Shown here: positions 39,648 through 48,927 of the stretch, piece after piece
Position numbering within the stretch: position 1 is the stretch's first letter
How the letters are laid out: the number at the start of each line of letters is the position of its first letter
IMG/VR virus record: IMGVR_UViG_3300006076_000001
Coordinates: 1-64,000 of that record
Source of the DNA: a virus
Length of the DNA stretch: 64,000 bases
Reading direction: 5' to 3' (one strand)
Notes under the pieces: model-generated
Database searches by the model: none
What the model was told of the DNA's origin: nothing
Seen by the model: the letters and a program-made list of their open reading frames with translations, nothing else
Translations under genes and position numbers: made by a program

Positions 39648-40557
39648 AATCTGGAGCTACTCCACTACCAATATTATTTAATATGGATAAGTCTGTTTCC
39701 AGCAAGTCTTCCTCTACTTTTTTATAATGATTAACTATTTTATCATCAGTGAAAATAATTTCTTTAAATAAAGTTGGTAATGATTTAATCATTAAATAAG
39801 AAACTATTCTAAACTCCCAAAGAGCCTCTGGAGATAATCTTAGATGTAAAATGTGTAAAAACTCTCTAAAATTGACTGTAAATTGAAGTTCTGTTCTAAA
39901 AGACTCTGGGATTGAAAATTTAGCAATGTCGTTAGAAACTCCCACACTTATGCTTTGTCTTACATTTTCCAATGCTAAAATAGAGTTATGGTCTGTCCTA
40001 TCATTACCTGTATAAATCAGATATTTAGAAGCCCTTTTACCTATTTCTGTTTCTTGACAACGGAAATCCGATTCTAAATAAAATGGCTTTTCATCTTTCA
40101 ACTCTTTCAAAGTGTATCTGGTAGATTTAACAGTCGGACTAATTAACCTATGGCGTGAAAATTCCTGTAAGGTGGCTCTACTCATTCCAATATGGAATGA
40201 CAAAGTGCTATGTTCTAACACTGATTCGTGTTTATATTTAAACCCAACTCTCTTAATGAGTTCTTTATCTTTATATCCTAAATGATGATAAATTGGGACT
40301 CTGGTAAAACAATCATTACACTCTATCTCATCATTTTCATTCCTATAGATGTTAGTACCTCCACATTCTCCACAAGTCAATTGGTTTTTCTGATTATGTA
40401 AAACATTTATCATATATGAATCACTAAGTCTGTGATTATTATGTGAATATCTAATCCCGTTAGCTATAAGCCATAAAGGTTTATAATCCAAAAGTTTAAC
40501 ATCGATGTTTGTGTCAATTGGTCTGCAACTTTCATAAGGTAAGTTAATTCTAATCAT
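39619..40557 (-). CDS. thyX: Flavin-dependent thymidylate synthase
   Basis: HESVLEH, SRATLQEFSRHR..S..VKSTRY, AKFSIPE, NFREFLHILHLR..ALWEFR. Confidence 0.93.
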   Translation of the reverse strand: MIRINLPYESCRPIDTNIDVKLLDYKPLWLIANGIRYSHNNHRLSDSYMINVLHNQKNQLTCGECGGTNIYRNENDEIECNDCFTRVPIYHHLGYKDKELIKRVGFKYKHESVLEHSTLSFHIGMSRATLQEFSRHRLISPTVKSTRYTLKELKDEKPFYLESDFRCQETEIGKRASKYLIYTGNDRTDHNSILALENVRQSISVGVSNDIAKFSIPESFRTELQFTVNFREFLHILHLRLSPEALWEFRIVSYLMIKSLPTLFKEIIFTDDKIVNHYKKVEEDLLETDLSILNNIGSGVAPDFEDKGDING

Positions 40558-40570
40558 TTTTCTTCTCCTT

Positions 40571-40795
40571 TTATTTAAAGATTAAATAATCAATGGGATA
40601 AAAAATGATAGCCCCTATAATTTGGACTATTACTAAATGAATAAACTCTTGATATTTACCAGAACAACATTTAATTTTAATAAGCAACCATAATGGCAAC
40701 ATCATAACCAAAGCAGATAATATCCATCTACCTAAATAAAGTAAGAACTGAAAAGAAAAGTAATCTACAAACATTTTATTTTCCTTTAACATCAT
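40571..40795 (-). CDS. Small two-helix membrane protein (GtrA-like; holin candidate)
   Basis: Two hydrophobic segments; ends IIFYPIDYLIFK; overlaps the SLT gene end. Confidence 0.5.
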   Translation of the reverse strand: MMLKENKMFVDYFSFQFLLYLGRWILSALVMMLPLWLLIKIKCCSGKYQEFIHLVIVQIIGAIIFYPIDYLIFK

Positions 40796-41534
40796 TCAAA
40801 TATAATTTAATTGACAGTAGATTTCCGATAAAGTTATTAACTTTATCTAAATAATAGGTTGGGTTTTTTGGTATCACCCCATAGTATCTTATAATAGCTG
40901 ACTCCATTGGTGTTTTAACTCCCTTTAAAATAGGTTTTTCTCTTAAAGTTTTAAGAATAAAAGCGGTTGCCTCTACATTTGTATCAATGTTATACAAGTC
41001 TGACTTTGTAGTAGCGATTTTAGCTTTAATTAAGTCCCATTTCCACATTTCCCAAATAACACCACCTAAACCAATAGCTCTTGTATGTATCTTAACAAAC
41101 CTTGTTTTAGATTGATTAATAGGGACTGAAACATAAACTCTTGAATGTTTAATCCAAAATCTCATTGAACTCTCAGTATGTAACACTGCAAACAAAATAA
41201 TAGGAGAGATGTTATACTTTTTAGAATATTTTAAGATAGCATCATAAATTCTCATTTTAGATTTATTTGATAAAAAATTATAATGAGAGTATAAGTAATC
41301 TTTTAAATCGTCTTTTGTAATTCCAACAAGAGAACTATTAGAATCAATATAAACAGGAACTTTTTTTATCACTTTATTTTCAACTATTTTAGTTATTGTT
41401 TTAACCTCAGGTTTAATGTGAGTTAGTTTATAAACCAAAAAACCAATCACAATAATACCAATTACCCAACTGGAAATAATTAAAATAATGACTCTTTTAT
41501 TCATTTGACTCCCCTTTAATAAAATAAAAATCAT
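40776..41534 (-). CDS. Lytic transglycosylase (SLT) with N-terminal membrane anchor
   Basis: SKKYNISP..LFAVLHTESS, AIGLGGV, LYNIDTNV.A..IL, AIIRYYG, YLDKV; N-terminal TM helix. Confidence 0.85.
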   Translation of the reverse strand: MIFILLKGSQMNKRVIILIISSWVIGIIVIGFLVYKLTHIKPEVKTITKIVENKVIKKVPVYIDSNSSLVGITKDDLKDYLYSHYNFLSNKSKMRIYDAILKYSKKYNISPIILFAVLHTESSMRFWIKHSRVYVSVPINQSKTRFVKIHTRAIGLGGVIWEMWKWDLIKAKIATTKSDLYNIDTNVEATAFILKTLREKPILKGVKTPMESAIIRYYGVIPKNPTYYLDKVNNFIGNLLSIKLYLNDVKGK

Positions 41535-42015
41535 CTGGTTTAGATAAGAACTGGTCTAAAGTAATAATCATATTATCTTTATAATAAAGGATTGGAGAAA
41601 AGTCTTTATTTAAAGTATTAGGTAGGATACAAAATGGATTAACTAAGTTATATTTAACTATAACTACCCAATAAGGTTTGCCAGAAGTTTTATTATCCAA
41701 TTTAGCTTGTTCTATCCATTTATCCCATTGAGTAATTTTTTGCTCTAAAAATGATTTAAAAGATGGTGGGTTTCCGTAAAATTTACACTCTATATTAAAT
41801 TTAAAGTTTTTTGGAGTAACTATGTCTCCAACAACTTTTGCATCGTCCGCTACCATCATAGCAACTCTGGCATTTTTACCACCAAATCTAGACCCACTTC
41901 CTAAATTTCTAAGAAACCCTTTTTTAACTTTAAGATAAGAAGCAAACCTATCAGAAAGAAGATTTGCTATCTTTCTTTCAAAATTATCCCCCTTAGCTTT
42001 AGAATTAATTGCCAT
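41497..42015 (-). CDS. Holliday junction resolvase-like PD-(D/E)xK nuclease
   Basis: NSKAKG..FER.IA, R..GSG, GDI, IECK, W.EQA. Confidence 0.8.
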   Translation of the reverse strand: MAINSKAKGDNFERKIANLLSDRFASYLKVKKGFLRNLGSGSRFGGKNARVAMMVADDAKVVGDIVTPKNFKFNIECKFYGNPPSFKSFLEQKITQWDKWIEQAKLDNKTSGKPYWVVIVKYNLVNPFCILPNTLNKDFSPILYYKDNMIITLDQFLSKPDDFYFIKGESNE

Positions 42016-42016
42016 T

Positions 42017-42628
42017 TTATAACTCCATTTGAATTATATTTTGACCTGAAGCCATTATTTCATTTATAGCTGATGAGTCTAAGATTTTTTGTTTTAATCT
42101 GATTGATGACTCTAATCTCATCAAATAATCGTTTTGCTTATCAAGGAACTTGACAAGCTCTTTTATTGAGTTATAAACTCTTTCTATCCTCTTAAATTGA
42201 TTAGACAAAGGAAGAGTAATGTAATTAACCTCTCTTTCTCTTTCTGCATTTGAATTGGTTAAATGATACAGAGTTTCATCAACCAATAATTCCTGTTGAG
42301 TAGTAGATAATGTTATTTTAGCATCATTGTAAAGTTTATTTACCTCTGGCATAATATAAACAGCATTTTTAGTCAAAATGTCATTCAATTTATAAATGGC
42401 TTTATGGATTAATGCTAAAGCATCTAATTGAGGTAGATTTTTCTCTACTAATTCAGAAGCTATTTTATAAGGAATGTAAGGTGAATCTACAAATTCAAGG
42501 ACTTGTTTTCTAAGTTTAGTTTGGTATTCGCTAAGTTCTTTTTCTACTTCTTTAAATTCCTCTACCATTGGCTCTATTTCTTTTCTCTTATCTCTTCTAA
42601 AAGAAAAAATTGTTTTAACTTTTTGCAT
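42017..42628 (-). CDS. Hypothetical coiled-coil protein
   Basis: Helical ORF with RBS. Confidence 0.5.
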   Translation of the reverse strand: MQKVKTIFSFRRDKRKEIEPMVEEFKEVEKELSEYQTKLRKQVLEFVDSPYIPYKIASELVEKNLPQLDALALIHKAIYKLNDILTKNAVYIMPEVNKLYNDAKITLSTTQQELLVDETLYHLTNSNAEREREVNYITLPLSNQFKRIERVYNSIKELVKFLDKQNDYLMRLESSIRLKQKILDSSAINEIMASGQNIIQMEL

Positions 42629-42911
42629 CTTCTGACTCCTTTCCTGCTATGTTTTCAACATTGTTTGCATAGTATATTTCAAAGTCCTCTTTAGAAACTT
42701 CCATAATATTTATTATAACAATATTATCAAAATCTACTTTCAATGATTTTGCTATATCTTCAACCAGAGTTTTTCTATTTACAAATAGTCCGTTACCAGT
42801 AATTATGGAGATTTCTCCGTATTGTTTATCAAATGAACTCATTCCTAAAGGACTAACAAACTCTCTTGTATAAACAAAAGAAATTATAAAATATCTTTTA
42901 TTCACTTTCAT
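42615..42911 (-). CDS. Hypothetical protein
   Basis: Coupled ORF. Confidence 0.5.
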   Translation of the reverse strand: MKVNKRYFIISFVYTREFVSPLGMSSFDKQYGEISIITGNGLFVNRKTLVEDIAKSLKVDFDNIVIINIMEVSKEDFEIYYANNVENIAGKESEDAKS

Positions 42912-43278
42912 CTGATTTACCTTTTTCTTTTTTATAATAAGCTGTAATAAGTTTAGCTAAATTAGAAATCATTTCACCTTTATGATACAAATAATCACTA
43001 TAGTTAATTACCCCGTCAATTACAAATGATTGATAATGGTTTATTCTGTTTATAGTTTGCAATGTTTGAATAACTGGCATTTTATCAGAAGCAATTGTGT
43101 ATCTGATTTCAAGTCTGCCTCCTTTTGATGAGTAGTCGTCTCTAAGTGGATTTTTATAATCAGATGCAACAATTACTTCCACTGGTTTTAAATTAGCTTC
43201 TTCAATGTCTTTTAGATATTTATCTTTGTATTGACTTGGTAGTTTATCTAAAATCTCTTTAATAACTAAACTAAGCAT
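42898..43278 (-). CDS. Hypothetical protein
   Basis: ORF with AAGGAG RBS. Confidence 0.55.
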   Translation of the reverse strand: MLSLVIKEILDKLPSQYKDKYLKDIEEANLKPVEVIVASDYKNPLRDDYSSKGGRLEIRYTIASDKMPVIQTLQTINRINHYQSFVIDGVINYSDYLYHKGEMISNLAKLITAYYKKEKGKSDESE

Positions 43279-43299
43279 CTCCGACTCCTTTCTGATTTA

Positions 43300-43650
43300 T
43301 TATTTTAAATAAGTATCCACAACAGGTGTGTATCTTTTGTAACTAGGTGAAGAAAATAATAACTCTAATTGAGTTGTTTTGTTCTCCTCACTTTTAATTT
43401 TAATATCATTAATAATTTGCCATCTGCTTTGCTCTGCCTCATCAGGATTACCATAAACAAATTCAATTTCTTCTACTCTTGTATCTGATAATTTCACTGT
43501 AACTGAATAAACATAACTGACTTCTTTTTGTTTCTTAAAAAATCCCCCTGTAACTTCTACCCTTTCTTCCACTGGAGAAATCATTAAAATATTATTATAA
43601 TCTCCAACCAATGTGCCATCTGGCAATAAAATTGCTTTATCCATTTTCAA
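43300..43650 (-). CDS. Hypothetical protein
   Basis: ORF with AGGAGG RBS. Confidence 0.55.
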   Translation of the reverse strand: MKMDKAILLPDGTLVGDYNNILMISPVEERVEVTGGFFKKQKEVSYVYSVTVKLSDTRVEEIEFVYGNPDEAEQSRWQIINDIKIKSEENKTTQLELLFSSPSYKRYTPVVDTYLK

Positions 43651-43666
43651 ACCTCCTAATATAAGA

Positions 43667-45385
43667 TTAATTCTTGCTTTTATATTCCCAAGAAATTAAA
43701 GTGTTAATTATTCTTTGTTCTGCTTCTCTCTCTAACTCTTCCATTTGTGGGAGTTTAGTAACGACTTTTTTTAATTTAACCAATTTTGGTGATTCTGACG
43801 GCATACCCTGAGTATTTAAAGAGTGGGTAATACCATTACCTAATTTTAATTTACAATTTGTTTTAGTTTTAAGTTTATTAAAAGTTGCATATCTTGGGTG
43901 TCCTGACCCTTTTTCATTTGCAAATCTTAGGGTATCAGTACCGATGTATCTCAAATTAATATTAACAAAAAAATGGTTTCTGTCATCAATGTAAAGGTTA
44001 TATAAAATACCATAATAAATTGCTATATCTTTAACTAAAGACCTATATAAAGAAATAATACTTAATAAAGTTTGAATATCTTGTTTAGTATCCTCTGGTA
44101 AGAACTCTGCTTCCATAACAGCTGATTTAAATTTAGATAAAATGGAGTCATCCATATTGAACTGCTCTTTAATTGCACCACTTTTTAATTTATCTACTTT
44201 TCTAACCAATCCAAAATAGTCCTCTATATACTTATAGAAGTTATTTTCATCTCCTTTCCATAAAGGTTTTAGTATATAATTAACTATTATCACAGACACC
44301 ATAGGACTGACTACTGATATCTCCTCTTCATAACCATACTTTTTAAGTGTATTAATAAATTTTTGCTCTAAAAGTATCATTCTAATGTTAATTGTTTTGA
44401 TTGTCCTAACCAATCTGTCTTTATCGATTAAAAGCCCGTATTGTAAAGATGAAATTACATAATACAAAGCTTGATGAACTATTTTAGTTGTAGTAGGTTG
44501 CTCTTTATATGGGTTTCTACCATAAATGTCGTCTATCACAAATGCTTTAAACAAACCATAGGTATTAGTAGCATCTGACCCAGCATATGTTAAAGCATTT
44601 GAAACTGGCAACCTGTTAAAAGAAATGTGATTTTTAGTGGGTAAATTTAAAATTTCATTAATTTCAAGCATCTTTCTATTAAGTACATACTCTGATAATG
44701 CTTTAAGCCCATGACCTATATTCATAGGCATAAACTCTTGATTATTCATCAATTTTGAAACCAACATTGTATCTGTTATTGGGATATTACCTATTTTAAT
44801 TCCCCAGTTAGATAAATGAGCTAAGTCAAATTGTGCGTTATGTAAAACAATATGGAAATTGTCTATCAACCATTGTAAAAATGGTTTGACTTGTGTCTCC
44901 CAATCTAAATTTTTTATGCCATCTGTTTCTGTATGTTTAACTGGTAAAATAAACCCCTCTTTATCAGAAATAGCTAACGGAACTGAAACGATTTCTGTAT
45001 CTGGAACAAACCTACCTTTAATCAATTTACCTTTAGTAGATAACCCCGAAGTTTCTAAATCCAATGCAATAACAGGTTTATTGAAGCCGTCATAAGTAAC
45101 TGCTTTCTCTTTAATATAACTTTTGAATTTATCTAAATCTTTATCTACAACTTCTACATAATCAGCAATTGGAGTAAATAATTTATCCTTATCAATCTCA
45201 GTTGTAATAATTTTAAAAGAACATTCCTTTACCCAGTCGTGCATTTTAGCAAAATTATGAGGTAAAAATACCTCTGACGGCTCTAATGGAGAAAAGTCTT
45301 TTTCTAATTTACTATCAATTAATTCCTGATAATTTGGGATTTCAACAGGAACTTTATCATAAACAAAAAAATCTTTATACTTCAA
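43667..45385 (-). CDS. Split family A DNA polymerase fragment: 3'-5' exonuclease + thumb + start of palm
   Basis: ExoI ALDLETSGL, ExoII HNAQFDL, DTML, GLKALS, ExoIII YAGSDA; GTDTLRFA (TxTGRLSS equivalent) and LNTQGMP (NLQNIP equivalent); stops before motif A. Confidence 0.9.
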   Translation of the reverse strand: MKYKDFFVYDKVPVEIPNYQELIDSKLEKDFSPLEPSEVFLPHNFAKMHDWVKECSFKIITTEIDKDKLFTPIADYVEVVDKDLDKFKSYIKEKAVTYDGFNKPVIALDLETSGLSTKGKLIKGRFVPDTEIVSVPLAISDKEGFILPVKHTETDGIKNLDWETQVKPFLQWLIDNFHIVLHNAQFDLAHLSNWGIKIGNIPITDTMLVSKLMNNQEFMPMNIGHGLKALSEYVLNRKMLEINEILNLPTKNHISFNRLPVSNALTYAGSDATNTYGLFKAFVIDDIYGRNPYKEQPTTTKIVHQALYYVISSLQYGLLIDKDRLVRTIKTINIRMILLEQKFINTLKKYGYEEEISVVSPMVSVIIVNYILKPLWKGDENNFYKYIEDYFGLVRKVDKLKSGAIKEQFNMDDSILSKFKSAVMEAEFLPEDTKQDIQTLLSIISLYRSLVKDIAIYYGILYNLYIDDRNHFFVNINLRYIGTDTLRFANEKGSGHPRYATFNKLKTKTNCKLKLGNGITHSLNTQGMPSESPKLVKLKKVVTKLPQMEELEREAEQRIINTLISWEYKSKN

Positions 45386-45409
45386 ACTGACTCCTTTCTT
45401 CTAATTTAT

Positions 45410-45688
45410 TTAATTACCGAGCAAATCAACTAATGCAAATCTAACATCATCGATTGTAAAGTTTTCTGGAATCGACACCTCTTTGTCATCTGTTTTTAAA
45501 ATAACTTCACCATCTTTATTAACACTAAATATTATGATTCTACCATCATTTAATCTAAACAAAGGTATTGATTTACCAATAAACATTTTAATTTTATCTT
45601 TTAAAGATAATCTACCTAATTTAATTTTAAGTAGATTATAAATTGAATTAACTGCTCTTTCGTCTATCTGAGAAACAATATTTTTCAT
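45410..45688 (-). CDS. Hypothetical protein
   Basis: ORF in operon. Confidence 0.5.
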   Translation of the reverse strand: MKNIVSQIDERAVNSIYNLLKIKLGRLSLKDKIKMFIGKSIPLFRLNDGRIIIFSVNKDGEVILKTDDKEVSIPENFTIDDVRFALVDLLGN

Positions 45689-45692
45689 TTAA

Positions 45693-46043
45693 TCACTCCT
45701 TTTTATCTTTTTGGAGTGATTTTAATAAAACAAAAATTGAAGAAGTAATACTGCTAACTTGTGCTGAATCCCATTTAGAAATTAAATCTTCTAAAGTTTT
45801 TTCAGGCTCAATAAATACAACATTATCTTTACAAACTAAAATAATAGCAATAGCTAATAATAAATTTTGAGGTAAATCAGCCATTGTATCCTCATCTGGA
45901 GTAGCCCTTAAAATAGCTTTAGTTTTATCAATTAAATCATTGCACTCCTCATTCTCAGTCAAAAAATCGATTTGAGACTTAACATCTTTCACTTTCACTT
46001 TATTAGTAAGTAATTCAATTACTTTATCTTTAACAATATCCAT
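45693..46043 (-). CDS. Hypothetical protein
   Basis: ORF with AGGAGG RBS. Confidence 0.55.
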   Translation of the reverse strand: MDIVKDKVIELLTNKVKVKDVKSQIDFLTENEECNDLIDKTKAILRATPDEDTMADLPQNLLLAIAIILVCKDNVVFIEPEKTLEDLISKWDSAQVSSITSSIFVLLKSLQKDKKE

Positions 46044-46106
46044 TTGTGTCCTCCTTTTCTTTTTTGTACCACTTTATAGGTAGAAGAAAAAAAGGATTTA
46101 ATAATT

Positions 46107-46559
46107 TTAAAGATAGATTGGAGATGGTAAGTAAGACTCTACAATAGTATTAATTTCTCTTGTAGATTTATTATAAGCGGTATTTATAATCAACTTTTCT
46201 ATTACCAAAGGTGGGATTTTTAAATTGAAACTTCTAAATAATTTAATTAATTCTGTAATTTTAGTGTCTTTAGCTTGAGTATTATTAGAAAATTGAATGC
46301 CATAATTTGTATAGATGTATTCTACTGCCTCTTGATAAGAAAACCCTTTAAGTTCCATTAAAAAAGTAGTAGGGAGATAAGCTTTACCAGTTCCGAAATC
46401 ATAAGCCGACCCAAAGTCATTTTCATCTTTTGGTTTGTAAATTCTAAATGATGGATTTGAGTCGCTTCTGAATGGAGAGGAAATAGTATAATCTCTCCAC
46501 TCTGGAATCTCCTCTCCCAATTCATCACTAACTATTTTAGCAAAAAGGTTAATTGCCAT
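46107..46559 (-). CDS. Stand-alone primase N-terminal (CHC2-like) domain lacking zinc ligands
   Basis: SPFRSDSNPSFRIY...AYDFGTGK...FLMELKGFSYQEAVEYI matches CPFHxDxxPSF...CFGCG...F.....F.EAV. Confidence 0.7.
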   Translation of the reverse strand: MAINLFAKIVSDELGEEIPEWRDYTISSPFRSDSNPSFRIYKPKDENDFGSAYDFGTGKAYLPTTFLMELKGFSYQEAVEYIYTNYGIQFSNNTQAKDTKITELIKLFRSFNLKIPPLVIEKLIINTAYNKSTREINTIVESYLPSPIYL

Positions 46560-46562
46560 TAA

Positions 46563-47159
46563 TTACACCTTAAGATTTTTCCAATCTTTCCATCTGTAGT
46601 ATCTATAAGTCTTATCATTATCTTTAATAATATAGTGTAATTTTTCTACTGGAACTCCACAAAATTCTAAATTAGAGTATTCTTCTACCTTTTCTTCCGC
46701 CCATTTCTCAATTTTATCCATTGAATAGTCATCTACATAAAATGGGTATTCCTTAATAAACTCTTCTACTAAATTTAGTGACCCCTCTTTATATCCTAAA
46801 ACAAATGCTTGTGCCTCTTTAATATACTCTTCTATAGAATTAATTATCCACATTGGAGGTAGCCCCTCTAATGGCACATTTTTATCATCAGAAGTCCTTG
46901 CGAAGTATCTCCATAAAGGAATGCCTTTAATTGTATTATAGCCTAACATTTCTCCGTGTCTTGTTTTATTAAAGAATGCAACATCATAAACTGGAATATC
47001 TCCGTCATCTTCTTTACCAACAACAATAACAGGTGTAATTATTTTTCTATCTGATTCTACACCTATATCTGTTAAATCAAAGATACCAATATTACAAATT
47101 AAACCTACTTCTATAGTATCTATTCCTCTTTCAAAAGGAATCATTTTGTCTTTTTTCAT
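46563..47159 (-). CDS. Hypothetical protein
   Basis: ORF with AGGAGG RBS. Confidence 0.55.
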   Translation of the reverse strand: MKKDKMIPFERGIDTIEVGLICNIGIFDLTDIGVESDRKIITPVIVVGKEDDGDIPVYDVAFFNKTRHGEMLGYNTIKGIPLWRYFARTSDDKNVPLEGLPPMWIINSIEEYIKEAQAFVLGYKEGSLNLVEEFIKEYPFYVDDYSMDKIEKWAEEKVEEYSNLEFCGVPVEKLHYIIKDNDKTYRYYRWKDWKNLKV

Positions 47160-47210
47160 TTAAACCTCCTTTTAATGATTTTTGGACTTATTTATAATAA
47201 GAGTTAAAGT

Positions 47211-47447
47211 TTATTTTAACTTTATATCAACCTCAATTGGGATAGGGGGTATAGGTTTAGGCTTTATAATTATTTCACCTGCCCCAATGTATTTAAATTC
47301 AACTGCACTACTATCAATATTTAAAGAATCGACCATATCTGAAATTTCAGACTCTATTCTGTTTATGTTTTCTACTCTTTCTGTAACCTTTTTAAGTTCT
47401 TCTATAATTTTAATCATATCTAAAGATATGCTATTTTTTGTACCCAT
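47211..47447 (-). CDS. Hypothetical protein
   Basis: Small ORF on the coding strand. Confidence 0.45.
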   Translation of the reverse strand: MGTKNSISLDMIKIIEELKKVTERVENINRIESEISDMVDSLNIDSSAVEFKYIGAGEIIIKPKPIPPIPIEVDIKLK

Positions 47448-47459
47448 TTAAATTTCCTT

Positions 47460-47618
47460 TCACAAAAATAAATTAATTATTGCTATTATGATTGCACCAA
47501 TCCCTAATAATAAAAAATGAGGAAAATTATTGAATCTAGGTATATCCGATTTTGTAAAGAAAGCCATCACAAAGAAAAAGACGGATAAAAATATTAAACC
47601 TATCGTTGCATTATTCAT
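47460..47618 (-). CDS. 52-aa two-TM membrane protein (not in the ORF track)
   Basis: ATGA overlap with the dUTPase stop; MNNATIGLIFLSVFFFVMAFFTKSDIPRFNNFPHFLLLGIGAIIIAIINLFL. Confidence 0.6.
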   Translation of the reverse strand: MNNATIGLIFLSVFFFVMAFFTKSDIPRFNNFPHFLLLGIGAIIIAIINLFL

Positions 47619-48061
47619 TTTCCAGTACTCCCAAATCCATTATGTCCTCTATCAGACCAAACAGGTAATTCGTCTACTTCCTCTAATTCTGTATGAATCA
47701 TAGGGACTGGAATAAGCACTCCCTGAGCTATTTTATCCCCTACTTCAATTTTTGGTGGTTTTCCAGAGCCTAAATACCATAATAAAAATGTTACCTCCCC
47801 TTGATAACCAGAATCAATAACACTATGAAACACGGCTATGTGTTTATTAAAAAGCATACTACTTCTTGGAGCTGTAGATAGATAATAACCCATCGGAACT
47901 TCTACTGCTACATCTGTCCTAGCAATTGCAAACCATAAATTGTTATCATTTTTAATCCATTCTAATGGTCGTGATAATTTAAAATCAATCCCTGCATCTG
48001 TAACTCTTGACTTAACTGGACTAAACGCTTTATCTGATAATTTTTTAAATTTAATTTTCAT
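47615..48061 (-). CDS. dut: Trimeric dUTPase
   Basis: DAGIDF, PRSS, VIDSGYQGE, GDKIAQG, DRGHNGFGSTG. Confidence 0.95.
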   Translation of the reverse strand: MKIKFKKLSDKAFSPVKSRVTDAGIDFKLSRPLEWIKNDNNLWFAIARTDVAVEVPMGYYLSTAPRSSMLFNKHIAVFHSVIDSGYQGEVTFLLWYLGSGKPPKIEVGDKIAQGVLIPVPMIHTELEEVDELPVWSDRGHNGFGSTGK

Positions 48062-48531
48062 ATCTCTACCTCCTCTTTATTTAAAGGTTTATTTTCTGTA
48101 AAATAGATTTTATTACAAGACATTAATAAAGCATCAGAACTAAAAATAACTTCAATAAAATCACCGAATATCTTTATTTTTTGATTAGGTGTGATACTAA
48201 ATGGTTTACCAATAGGAATGTGTATTTTAGTTCCAGAAGAGATTTTAAATTGATTATCTGATAATTTTTCTATTGTTCCCTCTATTAAAATACATTCCAT
48301 AGACTCTTTAGTATTAAAATCGATTCCTAATTGAGAAAGTAAATGGTTTATACCTCTTCCTGTAGATTTCTCTCCGTCCCAATGAACTTTACCTGATGAT
48401 GGATAAAAGTTTATCCATTTTTGTTTTTCATCACTCCATATTTTTATATGTGTCCCACTGTTAAGCCTCTTATACATTATGAAGTTTTCATCAAGTATCC
48501 TAAATAAAGTTTCTAATTCTTTAGGCATCAT
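48058..48531 (-). CDS. Hypothetical protein
   Basis: Coupled ORF; N-terminal INFYPSSGK motif. Confidence 0.5.
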   Translation of the reverse strand: MMPKELETLFRILDENFIMYKRLNSGTHIKIWSDEKQKWINFYPSSGKVHWDGEKSTGRGINHLLSQLGIDFNTKESMECILIEGTIEKLSDNQFKISSGTKIHIPIGKPFSITPNQKIKIFGDFIEVIFSSDALLMSCNKIYFTENKPLNKEEVEI

Positions 48532-48869
48532 TTATCCTCCGAATCATTTAAGATTTCTATTATGGTAGCTAACTCAACTAAATTTTCTAATTTATCTCTA
48601 TCAATTTCTGGAAGTATATCGTCTCTAACCCATAAATTATATAAGATATGGCTGTCATCTGAAACAATTAAATCACAAAATTGATTAAACACTTGAATTT
48701 TTCTTTTTGAAGATAAGTCTTTAGATTGTTTAATTAAGTCTTTTGCGTATAAAACAATGTTTTTATAATTAGAATCACAATTATCAAATGGTCTTTTGAA
48801 ACCGAAATGGCTACACCTTTGATGTAATCTATCCCAATAAATACAATCATTACATCTTTTCTGATTCAT
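48528..48869 (-). CDS. Hypothetical protein with N-terminal Cys cluster
   Basis: CNDCIYW...C...C. Confidence 0.5.
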   Translation of the reverse strand: MNQKRCNDCIYWDRLHQRCSHFGFKRPFDNCDSNYKNIVLYAKDLIKQSKDLSSKRKIQVFNQFCDLIVSDDSHILYNLWVRDDILPEIDRDKLENLVELATIIEILNDSEDK

Positions 48870-48927
48870 TTTTATTGACTCCTTTCTCTAATCTGAGATT
48901 AGATTTAAAAGATACATCTTCTTGGCT

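Noticed and set aside
42898-43650. Motif A look-alikes downstream of the exonuclease fragment (LPDGTLVGDYNNI; VASDYKNPLR)
   Set aside because: They lack the conserved Glu five residues after Asp and the following A-x-L-S...F helix; 22330-23148 fits much better
22330-45385. Split inteins or group I/II introns rejoining the polymerase pieces
   Set aside because: No intein N-terminal (C/S) block or C-terminal HN motif at the fragment ends. The flanks are only tens of AT-rich nucleotides with no intron core. The order is permuted
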